This document shows positions 36,163-49,342 of a stretch of DNA of 64,000 nt, one piece after another (the stretch's first letter is position 1; each line of letters starts with the position of its first letter). The notes beneath the pieces were generated by a model, which was not told where the DNA came from, made no database searches, and was given only the letters and a program-made list of their open reading frames with translations. The DNA comes from Penicillus capitatus (taxonomy: Eukaryota; Plantae; Chlorophyta), in assembly GCA_965649825.1 (NCBI GenBank), contig OZ287698.1, positions 325,949-389,948 of the forward strand. Direction: 5' to 3'. The translations under genes were made by a program, and so were the position numbers.

Positions 36163-38387
36163 ATGAGTAGCGATGAATTCGCGTCGTCGCCCTTCCGATT
36201 CACTCACGAAGAGTTGAAACTGCGACTGCTCGAAATCGAAACGAATATCGCCAACGTCGACAGCGCCCCGCGAACGAACACACTGACCTCATGTCATCTC
36301 TCTGACGGCGCCCAACGTGAACGCGTCAACGACCTTGTCTACGGAGAGGCGGTCATCGACAACGACGCCATCGTAGGAGGGTATGAACGACGTTGTGTGC
36401 CCTTAGGCAGTCGCGAATGTCAAACTACACAAAGACAAGGTCATCAGTTTGGGCGATGCGCACAATCTATTGCTCTGGATTCTGGCAGAAGGGTCCTATT
36501 TGCCATGGGCTTGTGTGGAGGTCGTGATGGGATGGTTTGCAAAAGAGTGATAAAATGTGTGATCTGTAGAAGAAGCCATTGATCGAGAAATGCGTCTTGA
36601 TTTGCGTGCCAGGGATAGATGTTGAGCTGTGGGAAGCGCACAAGGTGAGTGAGATGTGCAAAAGAGTGAGATCGCAAGGAATGTACTGGTTTCAGGAAAG
36701 GACACTAAAATCCACAAGTGCTCTGTATGGCACGCCGATGACGACCATCGCCAACCATCCCACGACAACAGCATGTGAGACGAACCCCTGATCCAGAACG
36801 GTTTACAGAAATGCTGTTTGCAGTGCAAAGCGTCTGTCAGTTGTTAAGAGTATCGGTGAGGGAGAAATCGAGAATAGGGCCAGGAGTACCGTTTGAGAAA
36901 CGACCGAAGAAGAGACAGAAACAGACAGAAAGCGCCCCGTGCAATTACGAAGAACTCTTGGCAACTTCGCAGCAACTTCTGGAGTATGGATTTCCGCACG
37001 TTTCTGAAAACATCTTCCGAGACAAAGGCTTCATTCAGACATCGCCAGGTATACAATACCGGATCATCCAGTTGGATCCAAAAGATCAAGCCAGTTACGT
37101 CCAGATGCCAAAGAGAAGCACAGCATCGTGGCATTGGATTGCGAGATGTGTGGCACGGCGCATGGATCGGAACTGACACGGATGAGTTTGATCGATGTGA
37201 ACGGAAAGGTGTGCGACAGTAGAGGATGCGATTCTGAAACGACAGTGATGTGACTGCTCTAGGTATTGGTCGATACATTGGTCAAACCGCATCTGCCGAT
37301 CATCGAATACCGTACAGAATTCTCCGGCATCACTAAGGAGCTCCTCGATTCTGTGACGACAGATTTGGCGAAAGCGCAGGTCAGAGAGACCGCTCAATAT
37401 GGTGGATAGGACATTGCTGTTGTGAACAGGAGATGTTGTGTCAGTACGTATCGGAGGATACCATTCTGATTGGACACTCTTTGGAGAATGATTTGAAAGC
37501 GATGCAGGTTTTTCATCAAAAAGTGATCGATACCAGCATCATCTACCCACATCCAGCCGGATTTCCAAGGAGATCTTCGCTCAAAGTGATCTCGCGGCTC
37601 TCTCTGTACATCGATCGCACTGAAGAGCGATGCAGTACTTGGCCAGGCACTATCTGGACAAAGCCATTCAAGATGGAGCACACGATTCCATTATGGACGC
37701 CAGAATCGCACTGGAATTGGTGAAGCTAAAGAAGCAGGGAGGTGAGTACCTGTCACATCACAAATGTGTGACATGACCTTGCTTAATGTACAGGATTACA
37801 CTTTGGCCTTCCACGGTGCACACCGACGCGACTGGTGAAGCTCATGGAGATTCTGAGCGATCACAAACGCATCTGCTGCATGATCGATCGCTCCGATGCC
37901 ATCCAGAAACACAGCACAGCAACAACACATGCCATCCCCTGTTCTTCGGATACCACCGTGACAGAGAAGCTCCTAACACAGCTCAAAAGAAAACACCATT
38001 TCATCTGGGCCCAATTCCAAGACCTCTACCGCTTCTACATAAACAGGTTCTCTCGTCCACAGCCAAGGCCTACGCCAACGTGTCCTTCTCAGGAACGCAA
38101 GGGAAGATCGTTTGGATGATGGGACATCTGATATCGATGCTGTATTGCGCAGTGTCGATGCCGCCCTGCAACGCATCTACGAGGAAGCTGCCAATAACAC
38201 GCTTCTCCTGATCTACACCGCCCATGGCGATACGTCTCTTGCCATCCGCATGCAATCTGACAAGGCCAGGAGAGAGGCAGGACTCGATCGATTGCCATGT
38301 TGGACAGAGAAGGATGAGGAACGTTGGGCCACTTTACAGAATCGTGTTGTACAAGGACTGTTCTTTGCCAAAGTGAAAGGCTCCTGA
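36163..38387 (+). CDS. DEDDh RNA exonuclease (REXO1/REXO5/SDN5-like)
   Basis: VALDCEMCG, DTLVKP..PII.YRTEFSGIT, ILIGHSLENDLKA, VIDTSIIYPH and HDSIMDARIALEL. Confidence 0.88.
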
Positions 38388-38419
38388 AAGGACGGACTGT
38401 ACGCAGTACATCCCCTCGC

Positions 38420-41400
38420 TCACATATCCGTCAGTTTCAGCCTCGGCACGACGTTCATTCCCTGCAGCTCTTGGAAAAGAAGCTTGCACGCATAGGGGAT
38501 GGCAATTTTGACCATGTTATCAGGGGAATGATCGACAGGAGAGACAGCGCATTGCCGAGTGGCACTCCAGTATCCCAGCAATCCAGACTTCTGATCGACA
38601 TACACTTCAAACTTGTCGCTGCTCAGCATCAGGCGCTCAACCAGAAGGTTGCTCGCACCGTAGGCGATCAGACAGTCGCGTTCCATCTCGCCTAACCGCA
38701 GGCCGCCGTCTCTCGATCGTCCTTCAGTGGGTTGATGCGTGAGCACCATGCGAGGACCGCGAGCCCGTGCATGCATCTTGTCTTGGACCATGTGTTTGAG
38801 ACGCTGGTAGTAGACGGGACCCATATAGATGTAGGCTTCCAGTGGCTCTCCTGTGATGCCGGAGGTGAGGAAGTCTTTGCCATGATAACTGTAGCCATGG
38901 GCAATTAGAGCCTGGCCGATCTCTTCTGCCGTCGTGGCCAATCCTGTCTCTTCTCCAAACGCCGTTCCATAGTTAAACCGTCCTGCAATGCAAAAGAGTG
39001 AGATTCGTGAGAATGTGTGAGAACATGACCTTGGAGCACAGCCGCTTTGCTGCCAATGAGCTCCAGCATCTTTCCGACGGTCATTCGACTCGGAAATCCG
39101 TGTGGGTTCATGATCTGATCGGGACAGAGTCCCTGTTCCGTAAACGGCATATCCTCCTGGTTCACGATATGACCAATCACTCCTTTCTGCCCATGTCTGG
39201 CACAACACAGTCCATCGCCTTTACGGTTTGTATGATGATGGAGGTACCAATCACCTGCTGCTGAATTTGTCACCGATCTCCGGTCGACGCACATGGCGCA
39301 CGAGCACTTTGATGTTGATGGGACAGTCTCCTGTCTCTGTTAGCAACACGCGATCAATACAGCAGTCGTGCACTCCAGGCGTGCCTGCATTCAATTTCTC
39401 AGCGTCCATCGGCGTCCTGTCCGATACAGGGTCGTGCCTTTGAAGATTTCGGGCCGATGACGGTAGGCCGATTCAGGAATCGATGAAGGATCGGCAACGG
39501 TGTCTCTCGTGTTCTTCGGCACGAACTTGTTGATGTAGACATCTCCTGAATGGATCTTCTCACCCACTGCCGGCAGACCATCCGCCTCCAACACTCGCCA
39601 TCGTGGATTGAGCGATTGCGATTCGTTCGGCGCCAGAGGCGGCCCCCGGATCTAAATCAGATGATCATTTTGATCCAAAACAAAGCGAGTGCCCTGTCCC
39701 GGACCTGATCCATGGTTCTATTGAGATATTTCTTGACCTTCGTCCCGTACTTGCGTAGAACGATGCATCTGCCGAAGCCTCGATCCAGACTGGCTTTGTT
39801 CATGATCGATGCGTCTTCGATATCGTAGCCACTGTAGCTCATGACCGCCAGAGTCGAATTCTGTCCCGCTCCGAGACGATCAAATCCGATGAGCTCGATC
39901 GTGTGCGAGGTTAGGAGTGGCTTCTGAGGGTATGCGAGCAGATAGAGCAACGTATCCATACGGTTCAGCTGATTGAAAGCGACGTTTCCCATGGCCTGCT
40001 TCCCCATGGCACACTGATAGGTATTCCTGGGCGACTGATTGTGATGCGGATAGGGCACGAGACCGGCCACGATGCCCATTATAGTAAACGGCTCGATCTC
40101 CAGATGCGTCGTCTGTTCCCCGCAGTCCCTCTCGTACAGTGCAATCAACGCATTGTTCTCTTCATTGACATCGAGATACTCGATCAGTCCACGATCGATG
40201 AAATCGTTGAAGTTCATTTTCGAAGCTTTGAGAGCATCGAGATGATGTGACTTGACGCGAGGGATGCCTTTGTCGCAGATGATGAGAGGACGACACACGC
40301 GGCCACCATCACAGGAAATGAGAACGCGATCTTGATGCAGACAGATGCTCACGAATTCTCCGCAGCGTCCGTGGCGCCTGAGTTCTCGAAACTGACGAAT
40401 GAATCGCTTGGGACGTTGATGAACGCCGAGGATCACACCGTTGAGAAAAACGAGCAGAGAACAGCACTCGACGAGATCTGCCCCTCTGACCATGCCCCAA
40501 GGCTCGACTCCCAAATGATAGGCTAGTCGACTGAGTGGCGTCGGATCCTCATCCGTCGTGACGTGTGTGAGCAACGCCAGATTCTTCGTCAGTCCACATC
40601 CCTCGCCTTCGGAATATCATCTCACTCTTAACCGTTTCGATCGTCGGATCGACGAGAGAACCTTCGGGTGTGTCGGCTGGACAAGTCATGCCCCATTGAC
40701 TGGGCTGAAGAGATCGTGGACCGCTCACTTTTCTGGACTTTTCGACCGTGCTCGTGATCCGCGTCATCATTCCGGTCGCCGCAATGAAGGACAGACGGGA
40801 AAGGACCTGCCGGACACACCTATCGCCATGCAAAGCCTTCGATCGGGTCACACTTGTGTGACGCCTTTTCGGTCGATTCTGAAGCGTTTGATCGACCAGT
40901 GCCCTGTCGAGAGGGCATGCTCAAAACCAAACGTGATGGTATCTTGCCGAATGCATCGTGCGGCATCGAACTGTGCTGTTCGCGATGCTTTGGCCAGTGT
41001 TGCCTCCGCCTGGCGTTGCAGATCCCAATTGAGTCTCTTGAAGAGATCTTCGAAGAGCAAAGAGATCAACTGTCCCGCCAGCTCCATTCTTTTATTCCCG
41101 TAATAATCTCGATCATCCACGAGCGATGGATCGACCTTCGCTGCCATCATCCTCCTTAGCATGTAGCCCAGATAGGCCACGCGATGTTCGAAATTGAATC
41201 GCTTCATCGGCACGTGATTCAGCACGAGATTCGCCAGGGCATTGCGCGCCTCCTCTGCACGGGGCTGCCGGTGAGCTTCGGCACCGACGCGTTCAAAGTA
41301 AGCCTGCTGTTTGGATGTCATCTTCACTTTGCCTCCGATGTAATCCAATGCCTGATGCTGTGTAAAGATCCCCATTCCCTGGCATTCCATCAAGGTCGGC

Positions 41401-42230
41401 ACCATGAAGTTAACGACAGCCGATTCCTGTCCCACCAACATCACCATCTCCTGATCGCTCGTCACGCCCATGGCTCTGAAAACGATCGCCATGTTGATCT
41501 CTTCCGAGAAGGCGTTGACTTTGAGATAGTATCTCTCCTTCTTCGTGATAATATTCGTCACCGTTTTGCGCTCATGTGTCGAGCTCTGGACCACTGCCTT
41601 CACTTCATCGTTGTTATCGTAGTCGATGATGATACGGTTCTTTGCCAACTGCTCGTGGATCAAGATCACCTTCTCTGTGCCCTTGACCACAAAGTAGCCG
41701 CCCGGATCGAGTGGACACTCTCCCAGCTGTGCCAGTTCGTGTTCGCTCTTTCCGCTCAATACACAGCGATCCGATCGTAGCATGATGGGCAGTCGGCCGA
41801 TCTGTACACTTCCGCCTTCTCTTCGCTTCCCACGCTTGACGACAATCTCTTTGCCCCTTGTATACTCAATGTCCACCGTGATGGGTGCGGAATACGTGAT
41901 ATCACGTAGACGGCATTGCTGAGGGGTGACACTCCGGGCGCGGAATTCGTCTTCGACACTGGGGGTGCCGACGTGAACGTCCAGATACTTGAAGTAGAAA
42001 TTGGGGTCGCTATCGATGACGATTTTTTGATTGGCCTGGGCCTGAACGATCTGGCGCATCTCTTTATTGATGAAGTAGTTAAAGGAATCCACGTGTTGCT
42101 TCACCAGGCCGCGCACTTTGAGGAAAGCGGGAAGCAAGGCGAATTTCTCAGAGGGTGTTTTGATCGGGGCACTCAGTGTTACGGGGTCGCCCTGAAGGCA
42201 GGGATCCAGCAGAGGCACGGACGCCATCAT
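38420..42230 (-). CDS. NRPC2: DNA-directed RNA polymerase III second-largest subunit
   Basis: [68 protein letters not shown] and [18 protein letters not shown]. Confidence 0.95.
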
Positions 42231-42267
42231 CCGAACAATGTGATGTGACAGCCCTGCGTTTGTCGAT
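42231..42267. promoter_or_regulatory. 37-bp divergent spacer between NRPC2 and VPS52, carrying TGATGTGAC
   Basis: ATGs at 42230 (-) and 42268 (+) flank CCGAACAATGTGATGTGACAGCCCTGCGTTTGTCGAT. The promoter role is inferred. Confidence 0.55.
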
Positions 42268-45015
42268 ATGGCTACACCGACTGCCGTCATGGCATACAGT
42301 GAGCAGCTTCGCAAGGCACTGAAAGCACAGTTTCTGGCCGATAGCGACGATTCTGAACACGAAGAGGAGGGCGAGGCGCCGCCACTCGGTGTCGTGTCGA
42401 CAGAAGGGACAGCTTCACTGGGACTACGTGATTTGGAAGCCGAGCTCGAGACCTTTCGAGAACATGACGTCATAAAGGGCATCCTCGACAAAGGATGCGA
42501 TTTACAGAGCTATGCCAAAGAAGTTGAGGAGAAGCTGCGCCGGGTCGAGCTCGATTCCATTCAGGATTACATTCAAGAGAGCGACAATCTCTCCTCCCTG
42601 CATCACCAGGTGATCCACCATCACCTGTCACATCATTTTACCCGTCTGTCCAATCAGATTCATGACTGCGATCGTATCCTGGTGACGATGGAACAGATGC
42701 TTGGCAAATTTCAGTCGGATCTTGGCCAAGTGAGCGAAGAGATTCGTCAACTGCAGAGTCAATCGCAGACCATGAGCGTCAAACTGCGCAACAGACGTGC
42801 AGCAGAAGAAGCGCTGGGCAATTTCATCGATCACATCGCCGTTCCGGACGACATGATCAACAGCGTCCTGGAATCGGAGGTAGACCATAACCCCGACCGT
42901 CGCAACGCCATCGATGGCGTGCTGCGATCAGGTGAATGAAGATTACTTGGAGTATCTGCTGTCGCTCAATCAGAAAGTCAAATTCATTCGTGGCGATGAG
43001 CTGGCATTGTCCTCCGCTGCCTATCAGGACCTGGAGCCTGTGATCGAGAAGCTCCGTCTGAAAGCGGTGTCCAAAGTTCGGGAGTTTCTGCTGCAGAAGG
43101 TCTATCAGTTGCGTCGTCCCAGGACGAACATCCAGATCATCCAGCAGAATGTCCTGCTGCGATTCAAGTACTTTGTCACCTTTCTGAAAGAGCACGGAGG
43201 CGATGTCTATACCGAAGTCCGCGGCGAATACTCAAAGACGCTCTCCCGTGTGCTGTCGCAGCATTTCAGGTCCTATCTCTTCGACATCGACAAGATGCAT
43301 CAGAGCATTGCCACGAAGAGCGATGTACTGGGATCGCAGAAGGAGGAGTTTGGCACGACGCTGTCTTCCTTCTTCGGCGCCTCGCCCAGCGGCACACCCA
43401 AAGCGAACAGAGGGGTAAACACGACACGAGGGTCCATCCCTACACGCACGGTCTGTTTGTCTTAGTCCAAGACATCGGTCTTCGAATTGGGCGATCGTCT
43501 CCACGTGCTTCAGAACCTCGAGAAAGCGGCGATCGTGCCTCACGTGGCAGAGTACGAGGGAAAGAAGTTTCCGTACGAGGTCGGTCACTCTTTTTGGCAA
43601 TGAGATGGCAGCCATCCACGTATACCCTTAGGTCATCTTCCGCAATGTCCACAAACTACTGATGGACACAGCAACGACGGAATACCTCTTCTGCTGCGAT
43701 TTCTTTGCCGAGAGCGAAGTCTTCCGCGAACTCTTCCAGCCGATCATCGCCGTCGTCGAAGGCGAATTTACATCCACGATGCATGTAGGATACACCGAAC
43801 CAGCCCTCTCTATACTTATTCTCTGTATGACATGTACAGGACGTCTATGATGTGATCTCACTGCTGTTGATGATTCGCATCAACCACGAGCACCATCGCA
43901 TCATGACGCGACGTCGCGTGCCGTGCTTGGATGATTATCTGGACAGAATCAATCTCGTACTGTGGCCAAAGTTCAAGAGCGTCTTCGATGCACAGCTCGA
44001 AAGCATCAAGAAAGGCAACGAGAAAGCGCTGTTTGCCAATTCCCCTGCTGTCCACATCGTCACACGGCGTTTTGCATCGATGGTGGCATCGCTGCTCGTG
44101 CTGACAGCTGGATACGAAGAGGATGAAGAGGGAGCCTTCAATGTCTCTGGCTTTGATCATATGCTCGAGAGACTTCGCACGGCATTCTGCAGTCTGCTCT
44201 CTCGCATTTCACGACTGTTCAAAGACAAGAGGTCATCTCTTCCTTCCTGCCCCTGCAAATGTCGCCATACGGCATGTCTAGATCGAGCATCGTTTTCCTG
44301 GTTGCCAATTTCAGTCATGTTGTCACGGTGTTGAAAGAATGCAGTGTGGCACACGGCGCCGCCACTTCGCAAGATCCTGGCAGCTGTCACGTCATCTCGG
44401 TGGGCAAGATGGGAACGCTGGCCATCAAAGAATACGAGGTGTTCTCGCTTGTGCACTTAAGAGCGACAGAGCATCGTGCATGCAGGAGCATCTGCTGAGC
44501 TGTACCAACAGCTATGTGGAGGATCAATTGGATCAACACTTCCATCAGCTGATCGATTTTCTGAAGTCTGCTGAAACGGCACAGAAACAACACGCCGTGG
44601 CAGACGGTTCCATCATTCCAGGTCTGTCACATTGACCCCAACGGCACGTGCTTTCTCATACGAAACGACAGGATTCGGACCCGAAGAGGCCACTCCTGTG
44701 TTTCAAGACTTTGCTGCGCGTTGGACGTCATCCATCGAAGCGATGAACAAGGAAGTGACGATGCAGTTCTCCGGACTATCCTGTGGGAAAGATGTCCTAC
44801 AAGTGCGACATCTCGTCTGCCTCTCTCTCCCTGACGCTCTGCCTCTGCAGGCTTCCATGACACAACTCCTCCTCTACTACACCCGACTGCTAGAACTGAT
44901 CAAGAAACAAGGCGCCGAGGGCAATGCCGTTGTGCGCGATGCCGTCAATATCCCTTCCATTATGTACGAGATCAAGAAATACACACTTGTCACACGATCC
45001 CATGGCGGATCTTGA
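42268..45015 (+). CDS. VPS52: GARP complex subunit VPS52
   Basis: VELDSIQDYIQES.NL..LH.QI..CD.IL..MEQML..FQ.DLG..S.EI, FPYEVIFRNVHKLLMD.AT.EYLFC.DFF and IMYEIKKY. The ATG is 42268 or 42289. Confidence 0.92.
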
Positions 45016-45111
45016 GGATCAGAAGTGTAACCCATGTCTGTCGCTCTTGCACACAGCGCCACTTGTGAATCGTGCACGCTTAAAGAAGATGCATACAGGG
45101 ATGGGTATCAA

Positions 45112-47467
45112 TCACTGCAGGAACATCTTGTACAGTTTCTTGCCCATCTCAGAGATGGGCTGAATCATAAATCCGCTCAGTTTGGCGATGGCCTGGGAAA
45201 ACTCTTCTTCTTCATTCGGGGGTAGCTGTATGCCGATCATGACGGTCGTCGCCTCCGCTCCGATGTTCCGGTAACAGAACATCGTCACGTTCCATCGCGG
45301 ACTTACCATGTCCAGGAAAGACAGCAATGCCCCCTTTCGCTCGGGGAAGGCGACTTTTAGGACGCGCTCGTTTGGCACGGAGCCCATGTAGGAACGCGGC
45401 CGGCCGCCGATGAATGTCCCCAGTAGGGACTGCATCTCATCCACTTGGCTGATGTCCATCGTCGGAAACCCACGTGCATTCAGCCGCTTGAGCAGGGCAT
45501 CGATCTCGTCTTGGCCACTGGCACCCACACTCCACAGAATATGGGCATCTGAATCGGCAGCATATCTGTGCGCAGGGGAGGGTATGATGTGCGCTATGGA
45601 ATCCGAAGGGACCTACCTGTATTTGAATTCTGTCACGTAGAGATTCGTTCTCTCCAGGGCAGTCTCGACAAACGAACGAAAAGACCCTGCCTTCTCTGCC
45701 AGTGTCGAGGCCAGCATGAACTCCCGTCTGGCACCGACGTCGGCCAACTCCGACACCAGACGCAGACTATTGAAATTGATGTTGGCTCCGCTGCAGACTG
45801 CCACGACCGTTGTTCCCTGTTTCTCACTCTTTTCTAAGCGGTGGTCACACAATGACTGTCTCGACCTTGATGTTGTAATGACTCAGGTAGGCCTTAGCAC
45901 CGGCGAGTGCCAAAGCGCCTGCCGGTTCCAAAATCGAACGCGTCTCATCGTAGACGTCCTTGATCGCAGCAGAGCATGCTGAGTTGTCAACCATGACGAT
46001 GCCATCGACGAATTTCCGACACAGACGGAACGTCTCTTTGCCAACCTACATCTCACTCTTTTGCCTCTCACTCTTATGGACAGATGCACGCTGTGTCACC
46101 TCCTTCACGGCAACGCCATCGGCAAAGGCATCGACTTGGGAGAGACGAATCCGGTGGCCTTGATGAAGTGACAGAGCCATGGCATTGGCACCGATGGGCT
46201 CCACGCCAATGACCTTCACTTTGGGTCGAATCGTTTTGACATACGCAGCAATACCGGCGATCAGTCCGCCGCCGCCGACGGAAACGAAAATGGCATCCAG
46301 TTTCTTGCCGGACGAAATGCCGTCTAAGATCTCTTTCCCGATCGTTCCTTGACCGGCGATGGTGTAGGGATCGTCAAACGGCGGAATCATGATGCGTCCT
46401 TCTTCCTCCGATCGTTTCTGTGGTGCACAAGCGAAGCCTCTCGACGTCACACGAATGCGAAAAGGGAGACACGACCAGGGCAAAATCTTGTGTTTCTTGG
46501 TAGGAATCGCCGATGAGTTTAACGGTGGATCCCAATCGCTTGACGGCCTCGATCTTGATGGAGGGCGTAGACGTCGGCATACAGATCAACGCATCACATC
46601 CCTGCAGATCTCACTCTTTTATTCGTCACCCTTTTGACAAAATCGCACCAGCTTCGCCGCTGCGAGTGCAACGCCCTGGGCGTGATTGCCAGCCGATGAA
46701 CAGATCACGCCCCGTTTTAACTGCTCCTTCGTCAGATGGGCCATGAGATTATAAGCGCCCCTCAGCTTAAAAGAAAACACCTATCCATGCATCGTCCTCA
46801 GCATATGTGCATGGTGGATGCGTGCCTGACGGGCTGCAGATCTTCCCTCTTCATCAAAATCTCGCTCTTGCAATGTTCGCTCAGTTTCGGAGCCACTTCC
46901 AAAGGCGACTCGATCTGTATGGCATCCAAATGTGAAGATCTTTGTGGGTGATGGTTATCACTCCTCGAGACTTACGGCGACGTCATAGACACGAGAGCTG
47001 AGGGTCTTGACCAAGTAGCCATTGGTCTCACTCCTCCATGATCGCGTTCCATCTGCCGGGTCCTGTACAGGGGTGACGTCACATCACTGTCTTTTCACTG
47101 ATTCGCCGTGTACTTTGTAGCTGTCTTCAGGACGAAGGGGTTCGGATGTGTCGACGGTACTGAGCTGCCCAGGAGGCAGTCGATAGGCATTGGGGAGGTA
47201 AGTGCCGTCTGGATCTGGATGGATGACAGATGGGGTGTCCTCCTTGACGACCGTGTCGAGATCGGTCAGACGATGTGAGACGACATCGCGTCGCGTTGCT
47301 CTGCACGGGGTGAGGCGTCGGCCAGAGACTCGCGTCGTGGCATTTCTTGTGCCGACGAGACGCAGATGATGTCGCAGGCGAATGGGAAGACGCGCGAGAC
47401 GACGACGTCGACATCCAAGCCCATATCGAAGGCGTCCACGTGCGAGAGGGTAACTGCGAATCTGCAT
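45112..47467 (-). CDS. OMR1: Biosynthetic threonine dehydratase (plastid-type, two ACT-like regulatory domains)
   Basis: [72 protein letters not shown] and SGANINF. The Arg-rich first exon resembles a transit peptide. Confidence 0.92.
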
Positions 47468-47603
47468 ATTTAGGTTAGAACGTGATGTGACGTTTGTTGC
47501 GCAAAAGCTACCGAGACGATGATACACAGCTGGCATGAGGGAGGAGGTCCAGACCTAAAACGCCTCGCCTATCGTGCGACGTACAGGAAAAGGCCAGACG
47601 ACA

Positions 47604-48346
47604 TCAGAGAGCTCGGCTACGTCGACGCCACAGACGAACAAGGCAAAACGCAACGCACACTAAAATGGGTCCGTTGGCCAAAAGATATGTCATAGAGCCA
47701 ACCGTGCCTGTCGTTAGGTACGTCTGAATTCACGGAACAGCCGAACGCCCGTAAACATGACGGTGCATAATACCACCTTTGAGATGGTGCGATTGCTCTG
47801 GATAGATTACAACGGCGACGAAGTCTGTCCCATCAACAATGCTTCCCATTTCTGAACTCTGTGTCCTGTCAGGTTGCTTACTCTCTCCTGTCTCCTGTCT
47901 CTAACGCTTCGTAAGACTTTGCGAGAATGATGTGACGAGGATGATCGAAAGAGTGTTGTACTGTAGTATCCAGACATTCGCGACGCATCCATGGATTGCC
48001 CGTTCCGTCCATACCGCTGAACGACTACTGATCCAGAACAGCGAAGTGTGGATGTCCCTTAAATATGAGCGCCGTTTCAAAAGAGTGAGATTTGTGGATG
48101 CAGGTCTTTCTACCGACGACGATTTCGGAAAATGTGCGAATCGAATATCCTCCTCTGCTCCAATGGACGGTAACGTGTCTTTACGGTTGTCATGTTTTTG
48201 GACCTCGCTGTATGCGGATCGATAGAGACAGAGACACTCGTTTTTTCCCACGGAGTTCAAAGAGATCGCCAAATGTCTTTTGCTCTGTCACCATCGCACG
48301 TTGCCAGAGCCGCCAGAAAGAGCAAAACCAGCATCACACAAGGCAT
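47604..48346 (-). CDS. Possible small secreted or membrane hypothetical protein
   Basis: A signal-peptide-like MPCVMLVLLFLAALATCDG at 48346 and a TM-like GPILVCVAFCLVRLWRRR at the 3' end. I could not resolve the exon path. Confidence 0.25.
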
Positions 48347-48769
48347 TGCCCCCGAGATCAGTTCACGGCGTCGTCCGATCTGCATACAAGAAGCTCGGAA
48401 GTGCATTCAGGAGCCGCCATGACTTCGACCATGCCACCCCTGTGCCGCACGACACTCTTTTTCATTTGAGTAATCTTCCACACTTTATCGTGCGTCTTTC
48501 CTATTCTCACTCGCCCTTTCTGTGATGCATTGTACGAAAGGTGCTCAAGATTATTGCATACGCAGCACGAGAGTATCCCACACAGCAAACATTATTAAAA
48601 GGTCTCGAAGCGGCGCCAGATCTCACGCCAATCGATCTCACATGTCTAACACTCGATAACCAAGCCAGGCGCACTTGATGGCGCATTTATCGTTGTCTTG
48701 TTCGATTGACGGACAGCAATGTTTGTATGACGCACTGGTATAAATAATGATGTCCCGTCGATATCGTGC

Positions 48770-49224
48770 TTAGTAACGCGCGTCTCTGCGACTTTCGCGG
48801 GATATCTTTGTCAGCCATACCACAAGCTGATTCAACGTCCATTTCCGTCCATAAGCACGGCGCATCTCCTCCTCGATTTCTGCAAAAGCCTCGTCGAGCA
48901 TGCAACCGCTGACTATTTTCTGCTCGATGTATTGGCAGATCCATTTTCGTCGAAACACTTGCATCTTGCATTTCTTATTCGAACGCGGTCGATACATGTA
49001 ACCTTCTGATCTTCGGCGCCATTCAAGATCGCGTAAAGGTGGATACGATTTGCCCTGGACGATCATTTCTATTGACCATTCGTGCCACAGACGCTCAAGT
49101 GAATACTCTGCGCAAAAATGCGTTGTCAGTTAGCGGCGTTGCTTTGCAGATTCGCAGTGACTGTACCGCGTAGAGGAGGGAGATCATCAAACAAGCAAGA
49201 GGAATCTTGTCCACGTGACGTCAT
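48770..49224 (-). CDS. Stand-alone GCR1_C-like DNA-binding domain protein (about 131 aa, two exons)
   Basis: Exon 49224-49167, a 59-nt GT-AG intron with CTAAC/CTGAC, and exon 49107-48770 splice in frame to SLERLWHEW...YPPLRDLE...FRRKWICQYIEQKI.SG..LDEAFAEIEEE.R...TLNQL. Confidence 0.7.
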
Positions 49225-49342
49225 CAATCGTACAATGGGCGGATACCCTGACAAGGGAGAAAGCGCAACGGGCGTTTGTCTTCGAAGAATGCCAGAAACG
49301 TCAGGACGACATATGAGGTGACGTCTCGCTGAAGGAAAGGCA

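Noticed and set aside
47084-47536. Separate 150-aa gene upstream of threonine dehydratase
   Set aside because: It splices through a 51-nt intron in frame into [14 protein letters not shown], so it is the enzyme's first exon.
48770-49224. Intact Crypton transposon
   Set aside because: No tyrosine recombinase ORF or terminal direct repeats are visible around the GCR1_C-like gene.
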